From assembly GCA_963793095.1 (NCBI GenBank), contig CAWBYY010000004.1, positions 305,107 to 369,106 on the forward strand: 64,000 nt of DNA, given 5' to 3'. Position 1 is the first letter of the stretch. Each line of letters begins with the position of its first letter. This document shows, piece by piece, positions 49,891 to 60,800 of the stretch. Both the position numbers and the translations under genes were made by a program. The notes below the pieces were generated by a model, which was not told the DNA's origin, made no database searches, and saw only the letters and a program-made list of their open reading frames with translations. This stretch comes from an uncultured Chloroflexia bacterium. Its GTDB lineage: Bacteria; Chloroflexota; Anaerolineae; Anaerolineales; UBA4823.

Positions 49891-50639
49891 CTTCGCATTT
49901 CCATAGAGATCGAGGCAACCATAAGTGAGATAGCTGTGACACTCAGGTAGTAGACCACATCTCGAAGATCCAGGATGCCGGAAAACAGGTTTGAAAAGAA
50001 GTGATCGCTGAAGTTCAAATAATTAATCAGCTCAAAATTTCCTCCACCTGCACCAGCAATCCTGGCCACAGGATCCAGAATCCACCAGATGATAATGAAC
50101 ACTCCCAATGTAGTTATAAAAGCGGCAATCTGGTTGCTGAAAAATGAAGAAACCGCCACGCCAACTGCAATCAATGCCGCTCCAAGTAAAGCTATTCCCA
50201 GATAACCGCTGATAAATGGCCCCTGGTCAATGCCTGGTTCGATCAATTGATTCAGGATCAATGGGTAAATTAGCGTTACAGCGACAATTGTCAGGATCAG
50301 CAGAAATCCTCCCAGCCATTTACCTACCACAAGTTCATAATCCTTCACTGGCGAGGTCAACAGTAACTCAATTGTCCCTAAACGCTGCTCTTCTGCAAGC
50401 AGTCTGGTGGTTACCGCTGGAATCAACAAAACCAGCATTGTCGCTAAAGGGGCTAAAAAGACCTCAATACCGGGAGCATATCCAGGTTGGATTATAGATA
50501 CCTGTAAATTTAAATAGAAAAAGATCCCCAGAACTGCTAGCATTACAAAAGCGATCATATAAGGGACCCAGTCCGCAAAATATCTTCGATACTCGCGGCT
50601 GGCGATTATCCAGATATTAACCATGAGCCTTACCATCAC
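49881..50639 (-). CDS. GldF-like ABC-2 permease
   Basis: IASREYRRYF, RLLAEEQRLGTIELLLTSPV...VVGKW and DVVYY. Confidence 0.9.
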   Translation of the reverse strand: MMVRLMVNIWIIASREYRRYFADWVPYMIAFVMLAVLGIFFYLNLQVSIIQPGYAPGIEVFLAPLATMLVLLIPAVTTRLLAEEQRLGTIELLLTSPVKDYELVVGKWLGGFLLILTIVAVTLIYPLILNQLIEPGIDQGPFISGYLGIALLGAALIAVGVAVSSFFSNQIAAFITTLGVFIIIWWILDPVARIAGAGGGNFELINYLNFSDHFFSNLFSGILDLRDVVYYLSVTAISLMVASISMEMRRWR

Positions 50640-50660
50640 CTTCTGAATCAGCCTGAACGT

Positions 50661-51599
50661 TCATAATGGAGCTATCTCATCCCTTTCCTCACGCGTTAAT
50701 TTAAGGAATATTTCTTCGAGGCTCAAATCTGCTTTCCGAATCTCAAGAAGGTCATAACCAGCAGAAACAACCGCTTTTGCTAAATCCGGTCTCGGTTCAG
50801 TACCTGGGAGAGTCTCAATTTCCAGAATTCCATTTTGTATCGAAAGAATCCTGTTGACCCCGTTCACACCTCGGACATGAGATTCGATCCCCTCCTGATT
50901 GCCGCCTATCTCCATAAAAATGTGTTGAGCGCCGGATATTCGGGATTTTAATCTTTCCGGTGAATCTTCAGCTACCAGCTTGCCCCCATTTATTATCAAC
51001 ACCCTGTCACAGACCTGCTGCGCCTCGGAAAGAATGTGGGTTGACAGTAATATTGTTCTTGTTTTTCCTAAATCCTGGATCAGGCTCCTTACTTCGATTA
51101 ATTGGGCTGGATCCAAACCGATCGTCGGTTCATCCAGAATCAGAACTTCCGGATCATGAACCAGCGCCTGTGCAAGGCCAGCACGCTGTTTTAACCCTTT
51201 TGACAGACTGGAGATATAACTTTCTGACCGATCCTCCAAATTCATTAACTTTATAACCTGGTTAACTCTCTCTTCTGCATTTTTAGTGCGGCGCAGATTG
51301 GCCATGTATTTTAAATAATCAAATAAAGTCATATCTGGATATAGAGGATTAGATTCAGGCAGGTAACCCACCCGTCTTCTTACCTCCAAGGACTGATCAA
51401 CAACATCATACCCGGAGATGGATGCTTTCCCCGAAGTCGGAGGCATGTAACCGCACAAGATCCGTATGGTGGTAGTTTTTCCGGCTCCATTTGGGCCAAG
51501 AAAACCGAGTATTTCATTCTCACCAACATGAAATGAGAGCGAATCGATCGCACGGTTTGGTCCGTAATCCTTTGTTAACCCTTCTACTTCAATCATCAA
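50661..51599 (-). CDS. GldA-like ABC ATPase
   Basis: GPNGAGKTT, GYLPESNPLY, LSKGLKQR, ILDEPTIGLDP and LSTHIL. Confidence 0.93.
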   Translation of the reverse strand: MMIEVEGLTKDYGPNRAIDSLSFHVGENEILGFLGPNGAGKTTTIRILCGYMPPTSGKASISGYDVVDQSLEVRRRVGYLPESNPLYPDMTLFDYLKYMANLRRTKNAEERVNQVIKLMNLEDRSESYISSLSKGLKQRAGLAQALVHDPEVLILDEPTIGLDPAQLIEVRSLIQDLGKTRTILLSTHILSEAQQVCDRVLIINGGKLVAEDSPERLKSRISGAQHIFMEIGGNQEGIESHVRGVNGVNRILSIQNGILEIETLPGTEPRPDLAKAVVSAGYDLLEIRKADLSLEEIFLKLTREERDEIAPL

Positions 51600-51628
51600 T
51601 GTCCCGTGAAAACCAATTTACTGACATG

Positions 51629-51665
51629 AAAAAGCACCGCCGCCCGTTCAGGCTGCTGTGCTTTT
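51629..51665. terminator. Terminator-like hairpin inside the 5' leader of the Gld-like operon
   Basis: AAAAGCAC.GC.GCC-loop-GGC.GC.GTGCTTTT with T-tracts on both strands, in a divergent intergenic region where no gene ends. Confidence 0.5.
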
Positions 51666-51825
51666 ATTATCAAACCTAATGTTTATACAATAAACAAACA
51701 ATCAAAGTCAAGTATCTTGAATACTTCTAATAAAAATTTAATACTTCCATTTCTTGTGAGCCTGAAATGTGGTTGAAATCTTGCACGAAAAACAGGATTA
51801 AGGCATACTATTGTTATTGGAGTAA

Positions 51826-53382
51826 GTGAACATGACTATGATACCTTTACGAGTTTATGTCAGGCAGATCAAACAATTGATCATTACCAGGCAGACGGAA
51901 GAAGCGATTTCACACTGCCTCCATATCTTAAAAACGTATCCTAAGTACCTGGATGCATATCGGGTTTTGGGTGAAGCTTATCTCGAAAAAGGCAATCAGG
52001 CTGAGGCATCAGACATTTTTCAGCGGGTGCTCTCATCAATACCTGACGATTTTGTTGCCCATATTGGTATGAGCGTTATTCGTGAAGAAGACCAGAAATT
52101 GGATGAAGCTATCTGGCATATGGAACGCGCTTACGAAGTTCAACCATCAAACAGTACCATTCAATCCGAGATACGCAGGTTGTATGGTTCCAGGGAAGGT
52201 ATTGAACCCCAGAAAGTCCGCCTGACCAGAAGCGCCCTGGCGCGTATGTATGTTAAAGGAGAGCTTTTCCCGCAAGCGATCGGGGAATTGCAGGCCGCCC
52301 TGGCTGAAGATCCAAACAGGTTTGACCTCCAGATATTATTGGCAGATGTTTATTTTCGAACTGGAGCGGATGACAAGGGAATTGTAATATGCAACCAGAC
52401 CCTCGATAAACTTCCTTATTGCCTGGGAACAAATTTATTACTGGCTCAATTTTACCTGGATAAAGATCAAAAAGATGAAGCTGAGCCATTCATGGAGCGT
52501 CTGTTTGAACTTGATCCATATTATGCCCACCTTGATAACCTCAATAAAAATCCGGAAACAGTCTCCGACGAGTTAATTCAAATTGAAAAATTTATCTTAT
52601 CCCCATTAGCAGTCGCGGCGGTTAAGGAATCTCTGGAAAAAGTAATTGAGGATTTTCAGAACAATAAATCCCAGGAAGAACATACAACCGCAGTTATCGC
52701 TGCTGCTGAAATCGGCGGTGAAATTATGGATGATGAAACCAGTTCCCCTCCTGTTGAGGTGGAAGATAGCAGCCAGGTCTCCGAAGATATCGAACCTGTT
52801 CATCACTCTGATTGGCTGCAGGAACTGGACAAAGAAATAGAAGATGAAGAAGATACAAAGCCCGTGATTGTTCCTGTATCTTCAGAAGCGGAAATTGAAC
52901 AGGTTGAAGCTAGCAAGCTTGATCAAGAAATTCAGGAAAAATCCCAGTCTGAAATCCCGGATTGGTTGCAGGAACTGGCTGATGAGGAAACGTCTTTGGA
53001 AAGTGATGAAGCTGGTGAAGAGATAACAGATAAACCCGTAGATATTGACGGTATTGAAGATGTTTCCGATGAAGTAGTTTTGGAAAAAATGTTTCCCTCC
53101 GAGACGGAGCCTGAGGAGAAAGGTTTCGAAGAGCACGTCCATGGTGATTTGACCAGGTCCCTGGAAAGCGTTCAGACAGGCAAAACTGAAAAATCTTCTC
53201 GAAATTATTCGGAGTTGATAAAATCGTCCCAAAATCTACCCGAGGTTATAAAGGAATTGGAGCAGGCAGCAGACCAGGATCCAGAAAATGAATCCATCCT
53301 GCGAAATCTTGGGGACGCCTATCTACGGAATAATCAGTTATCCGAAGCCATGGAAGCTTACACCAGAGCAGAAAAACTTTAG
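51826..53382 (+). CDS. TPR protein with long acidic disordered region
   Basis: N-terminal TPR-like helices (AYRVLGEAYLE, ALARMYVKG), an E/D-rich middle with two DWLQEL motifs, and a C-terminal TPR (LGDAYLRNNQLSEAMEAY). Confidence 0.8.
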   Translation: MNMTMIPLRVYVRQIKQLIITRQTEEAISHCLHILKTYPKYLDAYRVLGEAYLEKGNQAEASDIFQRVLSSIPDDFVAHIGMSVIREEDQKLDEAIWHMERAYEVQPSNSTIQSEIRRLYGSREGIEPQKVRLTRSALARMYVKGELFPQAIGELQAALAEDPNRFDLQILLADVYFRTGADDKGIVICNQTLDKLPYCLGTNLLLAQFYLDKDQKDEAEPFMERLFELDPYYAHLDNLNKNPETVSDELIQIEKFILSPLAVAAVKESLEKVIEDFQNNKSQEEHTTAVIAAAEIGGEIMDDETSSPPVEVEDSSQVSEDIEPVHHSDWLQELDKEIEDEEDTKPVIVPVSSEAEIEQVEASKLDQEIQEKSQSEIPDWLQELADEETSLESDEAGEEITDKPVDIDGIEDVSDEVVLEKMFPSETEPEEKGFEEHVHGDLTRSLESVQTGKTEKSSRNYSELIKSSQNLPEVIKELEQAADQDPENESILRNLGDAYLRNNQLSEAMEAYTRAEKL

Positions 53383-53405
53383 ATAATAATTATTTGGAGG
53401 TTTTT

Positions 53406-53855
53406 GTGGAACGGTCACTTGTGCTAGTAAAACCAGACGGTGTTCAACGTGGTCTGATTGGTTTAGTCATCTCTCGTCTTGAAAATCGGGGATTGTTGCT
53501 GGTCGGGGCAAAATTTATGCCTGTTTCAAGAGAATTAGCTGAAAAACATTATGCTATCCACAAAGGGAAACCTTTTTATGCAGGCTTGATCACTTATATT
53601 ACTTCATCGCCGGTAATGGCGATGGTCTGGGAAGGTCCTAACGCTGTCCAGGCTATACGTCAGACTATGGGCTCCACAAGACCCACAGAAGCATCCCCAG
53701 GTTCAATACGGCACGATTTTGCCCTTGAAGTTGGACGAAATTTAACCCACGCTTCCGATTCTCCTGAAAACGGCATCCAGGAAGTAAAACTCTGGTTTAA
53801 TGAAGATGAACTTGTGGACTGGAACCGTTATTCAAACCCCTGGATTTTTGAATAA
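53406..53855 (+). CDS. ndk: Nucleoside diphosphate kinase
   Basis: LVKPDGVQRGL, HKGKPFY, GSIRHDF and RNLTHASDS; GGAGG precedes GTG 53406. Confidence 0.97.
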   Translation: MERSLVLVKPDGVQRGLIGLVISRLENRGLLLVGAKFMPVSRELAEKHYAIHKGKPFYAGLITYITSSPVMAMVWEGPNAVQAIRQTMGSTRPTEASPGSIRHDFALEVGRNLTHASDSPENGIQEVKLWFNEDELVDWNRYSNPWIFE

Positions 53856-53989
53856 ACAGTAATAATTTTATCCATTTTATTTCCCGGAAGACAATAAAAT
53901 TTAACATCATCAGGACCAATCCAGCATAAGCGCGCGGTTCATTTCTGCATTCTGGATGTCTTTCTGAGTTTTGATATAATTCCAACTAT

Positions 53990-55911
53990 ATGAATAAAAT
54001 TACTCCAGAAAAAATTTCGGAGACACTCGAAGCTATTCTGCCCGGTGTTCAAAAACCTGGACGATATACTGGCGGTGAACTCAACCAGGTTATTAAAGAC
54101 TGGGAATCGGCCAGAACACGCGTGGCTCTGGTATTCCCGGATATTTATGATCTGGGGATGTCCAATCTCGGTTTAGCCATTCTATATGACATTCTCAACA
54201 GGCAGCCAGATGTACTTGCCGAACGTGTATTTTCACTCTGGTCGGATATGGAAAAATCCATTCGAGAATTGCAAATCCCGCTTTATTCGCTGGAAACAAA
54301 GCACGCGCTTTACGAATTTGATATCATCGGTTTTTCACTCCCTTATGAAACTCTGTATACAAACGCCCTCAACATCCTGGACCTTGGCGAAGTGCCGCTT
54401 CTGGCAGAGAACAGGAAGGAACAACATCCCTTGGTTATTGCGGGAGGACACGCCGCATACAACCCCGAACCGATGCACGCATTCATCGATGCCTTTGTCA
54501 TCGGAGAAGGTGAAGAGGTCATCTTAGAAATTGTGGATGCTCACCAGGAATGGAAGGATTTAAACAGCGCCAGACCGGAATTACTCCTCAAGCTGTCAAA
54601 TATCTGGGGCGTTTACGTTCCTTCACTTTACCGGGCTGATTACCACCAGGATGGAACTATATCCTCTGTAAACAGGATTGAGAGGAATGCTCCATATCCG
54701 GTTGTGAAACGGATTGTGCCCAAACTGCCTCCACCGGTTACTCGATTTATAGTCCCTTATATCGATACAGTCCACAATCGCATCCCGATTGAAATCATGC
54801 GCGGATGCACCCGCGGTTGGTAGATTCTGCCACGCCGGCATGATTACCCGTCCGGTACGTGAAAGATCTGTAGAAGAAATTCTGGATTCAATTGAACAAT
54901 CTCTTTTACAGACCGGTTATGAAGAAATCGGATTGCTGTCTCTCTCTTCTTCAGACTACACTAATATTTCAGCGTTGGTTAAGAATATCAGCCAGCGATT
55001 TCAGACTGACCATCTCAGGGTCTCGCTGCCTTCTTTGCGGATAGAGTCCTTTTCAGTTGACCTGATGGATAATTTAGATAATACAAGGCGGGGCGGTTTT
55101 ACCCTGGCGCCAGAAGCTGCCACTGAACGAATGCGCAACCTAATAAACAAACCGGTATCCACTGAACAGGTACTCGAGACGTCCCGTGAGATTTTCAAAC
55201 ACGGCTGGTCGAAGATTAAACTTTACTTCATGATCGGACATCCATCAGAAACGCTGGAGGATGTGATTGCTATCGCCGATTTATGTAAGGCGGTTCTGAA
55301 AGAAGGGCGAAAGTTTAAGGGTAATCGCGGCATCTGTCACTGCAGGTGTGAGTACATTCGTTCCTAAGCCCCATACACCATTCCAGTGGGTCGCTTGCGA
55401 AAATATGGAGGTAATCGAGGAAAAACAAAGTTTGCTAGACAAAGTCCCTGCGTGGACCCGGGTTGAAATTAAACTGGAATTCACCGGAAATTTCCATGCT
55501 GGAAGCCGGTCGTCACCGGAGACCGGCGAATGTCTCAGGTAATCCTTGAAGCCTGGAAAATGGGCGCAAAATTTGACGCCTGGAATGATCACTTTCAATT
55601 CGATATCTGGTTGCAGGCATTTGAGCAGACTCGGGTTAGACCTGGCGCTTTTACACCCACCGTGAGCGTCCGATCGATGAAATATTTCCCTGGGAGCACA
55701 TCGACTACGACAGTACGGAAAAAATTTCTAACGGAAGACTATCTCTGGAGCTTGGAACGGCAGAACTAGGGTTGACTGTCGCGAACAGTGTTTTGCCTGT
55801 GGGATTTTACCAACATTTGCCGACTTTCGCCGCGCTCACCCTGGCGACGTCTGGCAGTGTCCGGAGGTAAAATTCAAACCAGATTTCAGAGTTCCGGAAC
55901 ATAATCGCTGA
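53990..55911 (+). CDS. TIGR03960-type B12-binding radical SAM protein; several frameshifts
   Basis: VQKPGRYTGGE, FPDIYDLGMSNLG, AGGH, NPEP, EIMRGCTRG[C]RFC (extra G near 54820), SLPSLR, KLYFMIG, FVPKPHTPFQW and a C-terminal CREQCFACG. Confidence 0.9.
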
Positions 55912-55982
55912 TTAAATCCAAGCTCGGTACTCAGCGATTAATGAAGCTGGTCATATAGTAATTGATCGAAAATTCCAAACCG

Positions 55983-56610
55983 ATGCGAATCCGGATAGTT
56001 TTTTCAAAATTGGATCAGATGCGCTTTACGGGCCATCTGGATCTTTTAAAGACCTGGGAGAGATCTTTTCGTCGGGCAGACCTTCCGGTTACTTATTCCC
56101 AGGGTTATAATCCGCGCCCGCTGGATCAATATCGGGGCAACTCTGCCGCTGGGCTTCACTGGTGAAAGTGAATTAATGGATATATGGCTTGATACCCGGT
56201 GTCCGCCCGCAGGAGTTCTGGAGACTTTAATTCCGGCTCTCCCACCTGGAATTATGGTTAAATCAATTCGAAGAGGTTGAGACAGATTCCCCTTCATTAC
56301 AGAGGCTAATCTCTGGTTCTGATTACATTGTCACACTTCCGGATTTTGTCAACGAACTCCCATTGCGATTAATGGATCTATTACGCGAGAGAAAGAAATC
56401 TGGCGTGAACGCCGGGGGAAATCGTACGACCTTCGTCCCTTGATACTTGATCTTTCTGGAATCCGATCCAATGATAACTCGACTTAACAAATAAAGATGC
56501 GCCTTCTAACCCAGGAAGGTGCAACCGGCCGGCCGGATGAGGTCCTTTCATCTCTAAATATTGAACCGCATAGGACCCGGATACACCGCCTGAGGCTCAT
56601 CATCAATTAA
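55983..56610 (+). CDS. TIGR03936/DUF2344 radical SAM-associated protein; frameshifted
   Basis: RIRIVFSK, FTGHLDL, FRRADLP.YSQGYNPRP; later DLRPLI and GRPDEVL in shifted frames. Confidence 0.85.
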
Positions 56611-56657
56611 AAATCAATCGAGAAAATCTTCCCATGGTAAAATCTGGATAATTTACA

Positions 56658-56729
56658 GCCCCCATAGCTCAGTGGATAGAGCGTTGCCCTCCGGAGGCAA
56701 AAACCCGCGTTCGAGTCGCGGTGGGGGTA
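56658..56729 (+). tRNA. tRNA-Arg(CCG), CCA not encoded
   Basis: Acceptor GCCCCCA/TGGGGGT, D-arm GCTC/GAGC with A20, anticodon arm TTGCC-CTCCGGA-GGCAA, T-arm CCGCG-TTCGAGT-CGCGG, discriminator A. Confidence 0.95.
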
Positions 56730-56745
56730 CTCAAGATTTTTTTAC

Positions 56746-56780
56746 CAACCCCTGGGTATCTTTCAGGGGTTGTACTTTTT
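56746..56780 (+). terminator. Terminator after the tRNA
   Basis: CAACCCCTG / CAGGGGTTG 9-bp stem followed by TACTTTTT. Confidence 0.65.
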
Positions 56781-56791
56781 GAAATTTCCCG

Positions 56792-59125
56792 GTGACGATC
56801 TTGAACTTCCTCCAGTTAAAATATGTTGCATTATTGTTACTGGTTATGGCTCTGTTTTCCTGTACTAATATGGAATTCAGTGGGGAAATTCCTGCCTGGG
56901 CGTACGCGGATCTAATTGCCCTTGATCCACCAGACACCTCCGATCCCGGAAAGGACATTATTGCGGTCTACTCACGATTTGTAAATGATGAAATCCAGCT
57001 CAGGCTGGACTTTCTGGATCAGAGCGATCATTCCTCTTATGATCTGCATCTGGCTCTGGATACATCTCCAGGAGGCAGTAACCATTCACCTCTGAATTAT
57101 GGATCAGAACTGCATTGGGAGGATTGGATAAAAATACCAGCGTCAGGTGATATCCAGATTCTTTCAACTTCAAAAAGATATCAGAAGGAATGGGGTATGC
57201 TGGTTTTTCGTGATCCGGAACGTGATTTTATTGTAATTAAATTCGACCGGATCGCGCTGCTTGGACCTTACCGGGCAGATTGGGAAAAACCAGGCATTGA
57301 TTTACAGGCATTCACAACAGAAACAGATTTAAAGGAGGTTGTCGATGCAACCAGTGTTGCAAATACTAACGACACCCCGCCAGAACCTGTAAACGTATTG
57401 TTTGCCTTCAATAATACACTGCCTGGATACAGCCCCTCACAGGTTTTACGGAAGTGGGATGGCGCCCATACAGGTCCATTCGGCGGCAGGCATGGTCTGT
57501 TCAACCTTCTCCGTACAGCCCGCAGCAGCCGTATCCCGCTAGTATTGCTGGATTTAAAGTATCCTTCAACTCTCGCCGCCCTGGATGCAATAGGTGCGCT
57601 TGCGACCTTCCGCCAGATGGAAGATGAAGGTCTTCTGATTCTGCCCCTGCCGCTCCCTGATACCCGTTATTCGCCTCTGGAAGTTGATCAGAGGTTCATG
57701 GATACCTGGATCCAAATATTAGAAAATAACGCAATTTCTCACGGTTTAATGCCCTCTCTCAGCGTGTTTAACCCCGAATCTAACTTGATATCCCTTAATG
57801 GATACCCGTTTTTTTCTCAAACCACCACTGTTGAGGAGCAAACCACTCCCAAATTTAAGAATATCCTGCAATCCGGTAATACTAAGACTATCCGACTGGA
57901 CTACTTCTTTAATTCGCTCTCTGGTCAGCAGGTTGATTTAAAGGTCCAACCCTCGATACTCGCCGCTTATTAATTTCAGAGGCAATCTCCAACAATCTCT
58001 CTCCGCTGATCCGCAGCGACCGCATCATTGTGCTGGGAGGAGATCTGCCAGCCAGCGCCTGGGGTGTTCCTGAGATTGGGCGGGCTTCCTTCCAGTATTT
58101 CGCTTCCCATCCCTGGGTTAAACCTGTAGATGTTAAAACATTAGAATTTCTAATACCAGAAAGGAACCCGCGGGATGTATTTGAAGGATACTTTTACAAT
58201 TTAAATGGTCAAAATCGCAGTCTTTCTGATCGTGTTGTTGACACTTTACTAATGGCATTTAACCATCTGCCAGATAATCCGCTCGCAAAAACCGCACTCG
58301 ATTCATATATCTCCTTTTTCTACCCGATCTACCCATTTAATAACAATCTTGTTGAACTGCGGAAAAACTACATCCCCCATCTCTGGACCCTGGTGGAAGC
58401 AGCAAAATGGGCTGGGGATCCATCTGAAAATTCTGACTGTAGAAGGGATATCGATCACGACGGCTCTATTGAATGTTTGCTTACATCCAGAAATGTATTT
58501 GCGGTTATCGAACCAGATGGCGGCTATTTGTCATTTCTTTTTATCAGAAATTCCGGTCAATTCCACCAGATAATCGGTCCATCTTCCCAGTTTACAACTG
58601 GAACTACAGACCCGCTTTTCTGGGATAAATCGCAAGGATTTCACGCGGATCCGAGGGTTATGGTTGGCGCCTTCGAAGATCATGGGATTATGTTTCAGGC
58701 TGAAACCAGCCAAAATGGGATCAAATTATTCAGTAATTCTATCGATTACGCCAAGTCTTTCAACCTTCTAGATAAGGGGATTAACTGTTGAATACACCGG
58801 GATAAAAACCGGTAGTACGCTTTCGACAACCATTCCTCTTACTCTGGATCTGAGGAGATTCTTTTATAATTCAAGCGAAAACCCATTAATCTATACGAAT
58901 AATAAGGGATTTCTTAATATAAAGCTGGGTGGAAACGTTCTCCTACAGGTAAAGACCTCTGCTGATATGCATGTCGATTCAACCCTGGACATGATAGATT
59001 TCTTGAAAAGGACAGAGAACCCCAATTTCGAGTATCCGCCTGGTTTCTACCTTCCTTACCCTTTCACCCTGATAAAAATAACCGGGTTGCAAGATTTTCA
59101 GACCTCTATAAGTCTCCTACAATAA
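56792..59125 (+). CDS. Large lipoprotein of unknown function (possible GH57-like remote homolog); two frameshifts
   Basis: Lipobox LFS-C; frames join near 57940 (DTRRLLISEA...) and 58785 (VEYTGIK...ENPNFEYPPGFYLPYPF...LLQ*). Confidence 0.7.
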
Positions 59126-59214
59126 TTATTTGTTATGATATAAAAATGATATATTAGTTTGAATAATTAAATATAGCGGGCTTAATAAATGTAAAGCCCA
59201 GGGGTAATTATTAG

Positions 59215-60198
59215 ATGAGCTTTGATTCTTTTGAAGAATTCCAGGCGGAAGTAAATTCCTTACATCTGGATGGAGATTATTATCGTGCCATTGAGCTAAT
59301 TTTAAGCAATAAAGAGCGGTTTCCTTCCAGGTATGGCCTGATAAATTACTGGTTAATTAGCTTATATTCGCTCACAGGAGATACCGAGCATGCGCTGAAA
59401 ACTTTCGGTCAGACAGTTTCATCCGGTTTCTGGTTCAGCGATTTTTTACTCCGGAAAAACCCCGATCTACAATCGCTGCAGGGGTTGGAGAAATTTGAGC
59501 GTTTGGTCGCATTAAATAGGGAAAACCGCACACTTGATAAGAGCCACCAATTTCCCCTTTTAATCCTGCGTTCCGAAGGTGCATGTTTATCCTCCGCTGA
59601 GCCCTGCCCTATAATGCTGGTCATCCATTCATACGCTGCCACTGCTGCAGAATCACTTGATTTCTGGCGCGCAGGTTCTGAGGCTGGCTATCTGGTTGCT
59701 GCACCGCAATCTTCACAGGCGCTGTGGAAAGGCGCCTACATTTGGGATGATCTGGAAACCTCCACATCAGAAATTGTGGGGCATCTCCAATCAATTCAGG
59801 ATAAATATGAAATCGATCCGGAACACATTATCATTTCCGGTATCAGAAAGGGAGCGGAACTGTGTATAAAACTCGCCCTAACCAGGACAATCCAGACGAA
59901 AGGGTTTATCTTAATTAATCCCGATTTTTCTTTTATGTTTCAGCCAGATCCTTTCTCCTTAGAAAATCAAACCAATTATCCTGAAAAAGAACATGAGGGG
60001 TGGAATTTGCGGGGTTATATAATCAATGGTGAAAATACCGCATCACAAAGAGAAAATCTACTGGAAGCATTTACAAATTCCATGTTAGAACTTGGCATCG
60101 TATGCAATTCGGTTTATGTTCCCGATGCAGAATATGAACATATACCGGGTTATGACCCATTCCTGCTGAGAGCGATCGATTTTATCGCTCAGGATTGA
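59215..60198 (+). CDS. TPR-like N-domain plus alpha/beta hydrolase-fold domain
   Basis: GFWFS..LRKNPDLQSL motif, then MLVIH, LVAAPQS, IDPEHIIISG and GFILINP. Confidence 0.7.
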   Translation: MSFDSFEEFQAEVNSLHLDGDYYRAIELILSNKERFPSRYGLINYWLISLYSLTGDTEHALKTFGQTVSSGFWFSDFLLRKNPDLQSLQGLEKFERLVALNRENRTLDKSHQFPLLILRSEGACLSSAEPCPIMLVIHSYAATAAESLDFWRAGSEAGYLVAAPQSSQALWKGAYIWDDLETSTSEIVGHLQSIQDKYEIDPEHIIISGIRKGAELCIKLALTRTIQTKGFILINPDFSFMFQPDPFSLENQTNYPEKEHEGWNLRGYIINGENTASQRENLLEAFTNSMLELGIVCNSVYVPDAEYEHIPGYDPFLLRAIDFIAQD

Positions 60199-60200
60199 AT

Positions 60201-60800
60201 TTACCTGTATAGATTGCGTGATTGGATAATCTTGTATACCTTATCCGGAAGGAAGTACCGGTATGGTCGTTCACTTTTAATCCGTTTCCGGATTTGTGAG
60301 GAGGAGATTTCCAGAAGAGGTGCGGAGATGAACCGTACTTTTTCTACAATACCCGGAAGTTGAGCTTCAATTTCATCAAGGTCCGGTTCGGTGCCGGGTC
60401 GGCACATTACTCCAATCTCATCACTGGCTCTAACAAGGCTCTCTGAATTATGCCAGCCTGGCAAATTGATTAATGAATCCCCGCCAATCAAATAAATCAA
60501 TGTATCAGAAGGGTATTGCTGGTGTAAGAGGTGCATTGTTTCATCTGCGAAATGGGGAGGGGAACGGGTTATATCAATATTTGAGAGGTTAAAATTCTTA
60601 TCTTCATTTACCATCGCTTCGACCATGCTGAGTCTTTCCGCAAGAGGCGCCATTTCCTGGAGTGGTTTATGCGGCGGGTCTGGCGTTAAAACCCACAATA
60701 CAAGATCGAGATTCAAGACCATAATCGACTCGGAAGCAAGAATCTGGTGCCCGACGTGGGGTGGGTCAAACGTCCCACCAAAAATTCCTAATCTGCTCAT
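60201..60800 (-). CDS. nadD: Nicotinate-nucleotide adenylyltransferase
   Basis: GIFGGTFDPPHVGH, PPHK, LIGGDS and EISSSQIR. Confidence 0.96.
   Translation of the reverse strand: MSRLGIFGGTFDPPHVGHQILASESIMVLNLDLVLWVLTPDPPHKPLQEMAPLAERLSMVEAMVNEDKNFNLSNIDITRSPPHFADETMHLLHQQYPSDTLIYLIGGDSLINLPGWHNSESLVRASDEIGVMCRPGTEPDLDEIEAQLPGIVEKVRFISAPLLEISSSQIRKRIKSERPYRYFLPDKVYKIIQSRNLYR

Noticed and set aside
56658-60198. Genomic island integrated at tRNA-Arg
   Set aside because: No integrase, no duplicated tRNA 3' end and no evident compositional shift.
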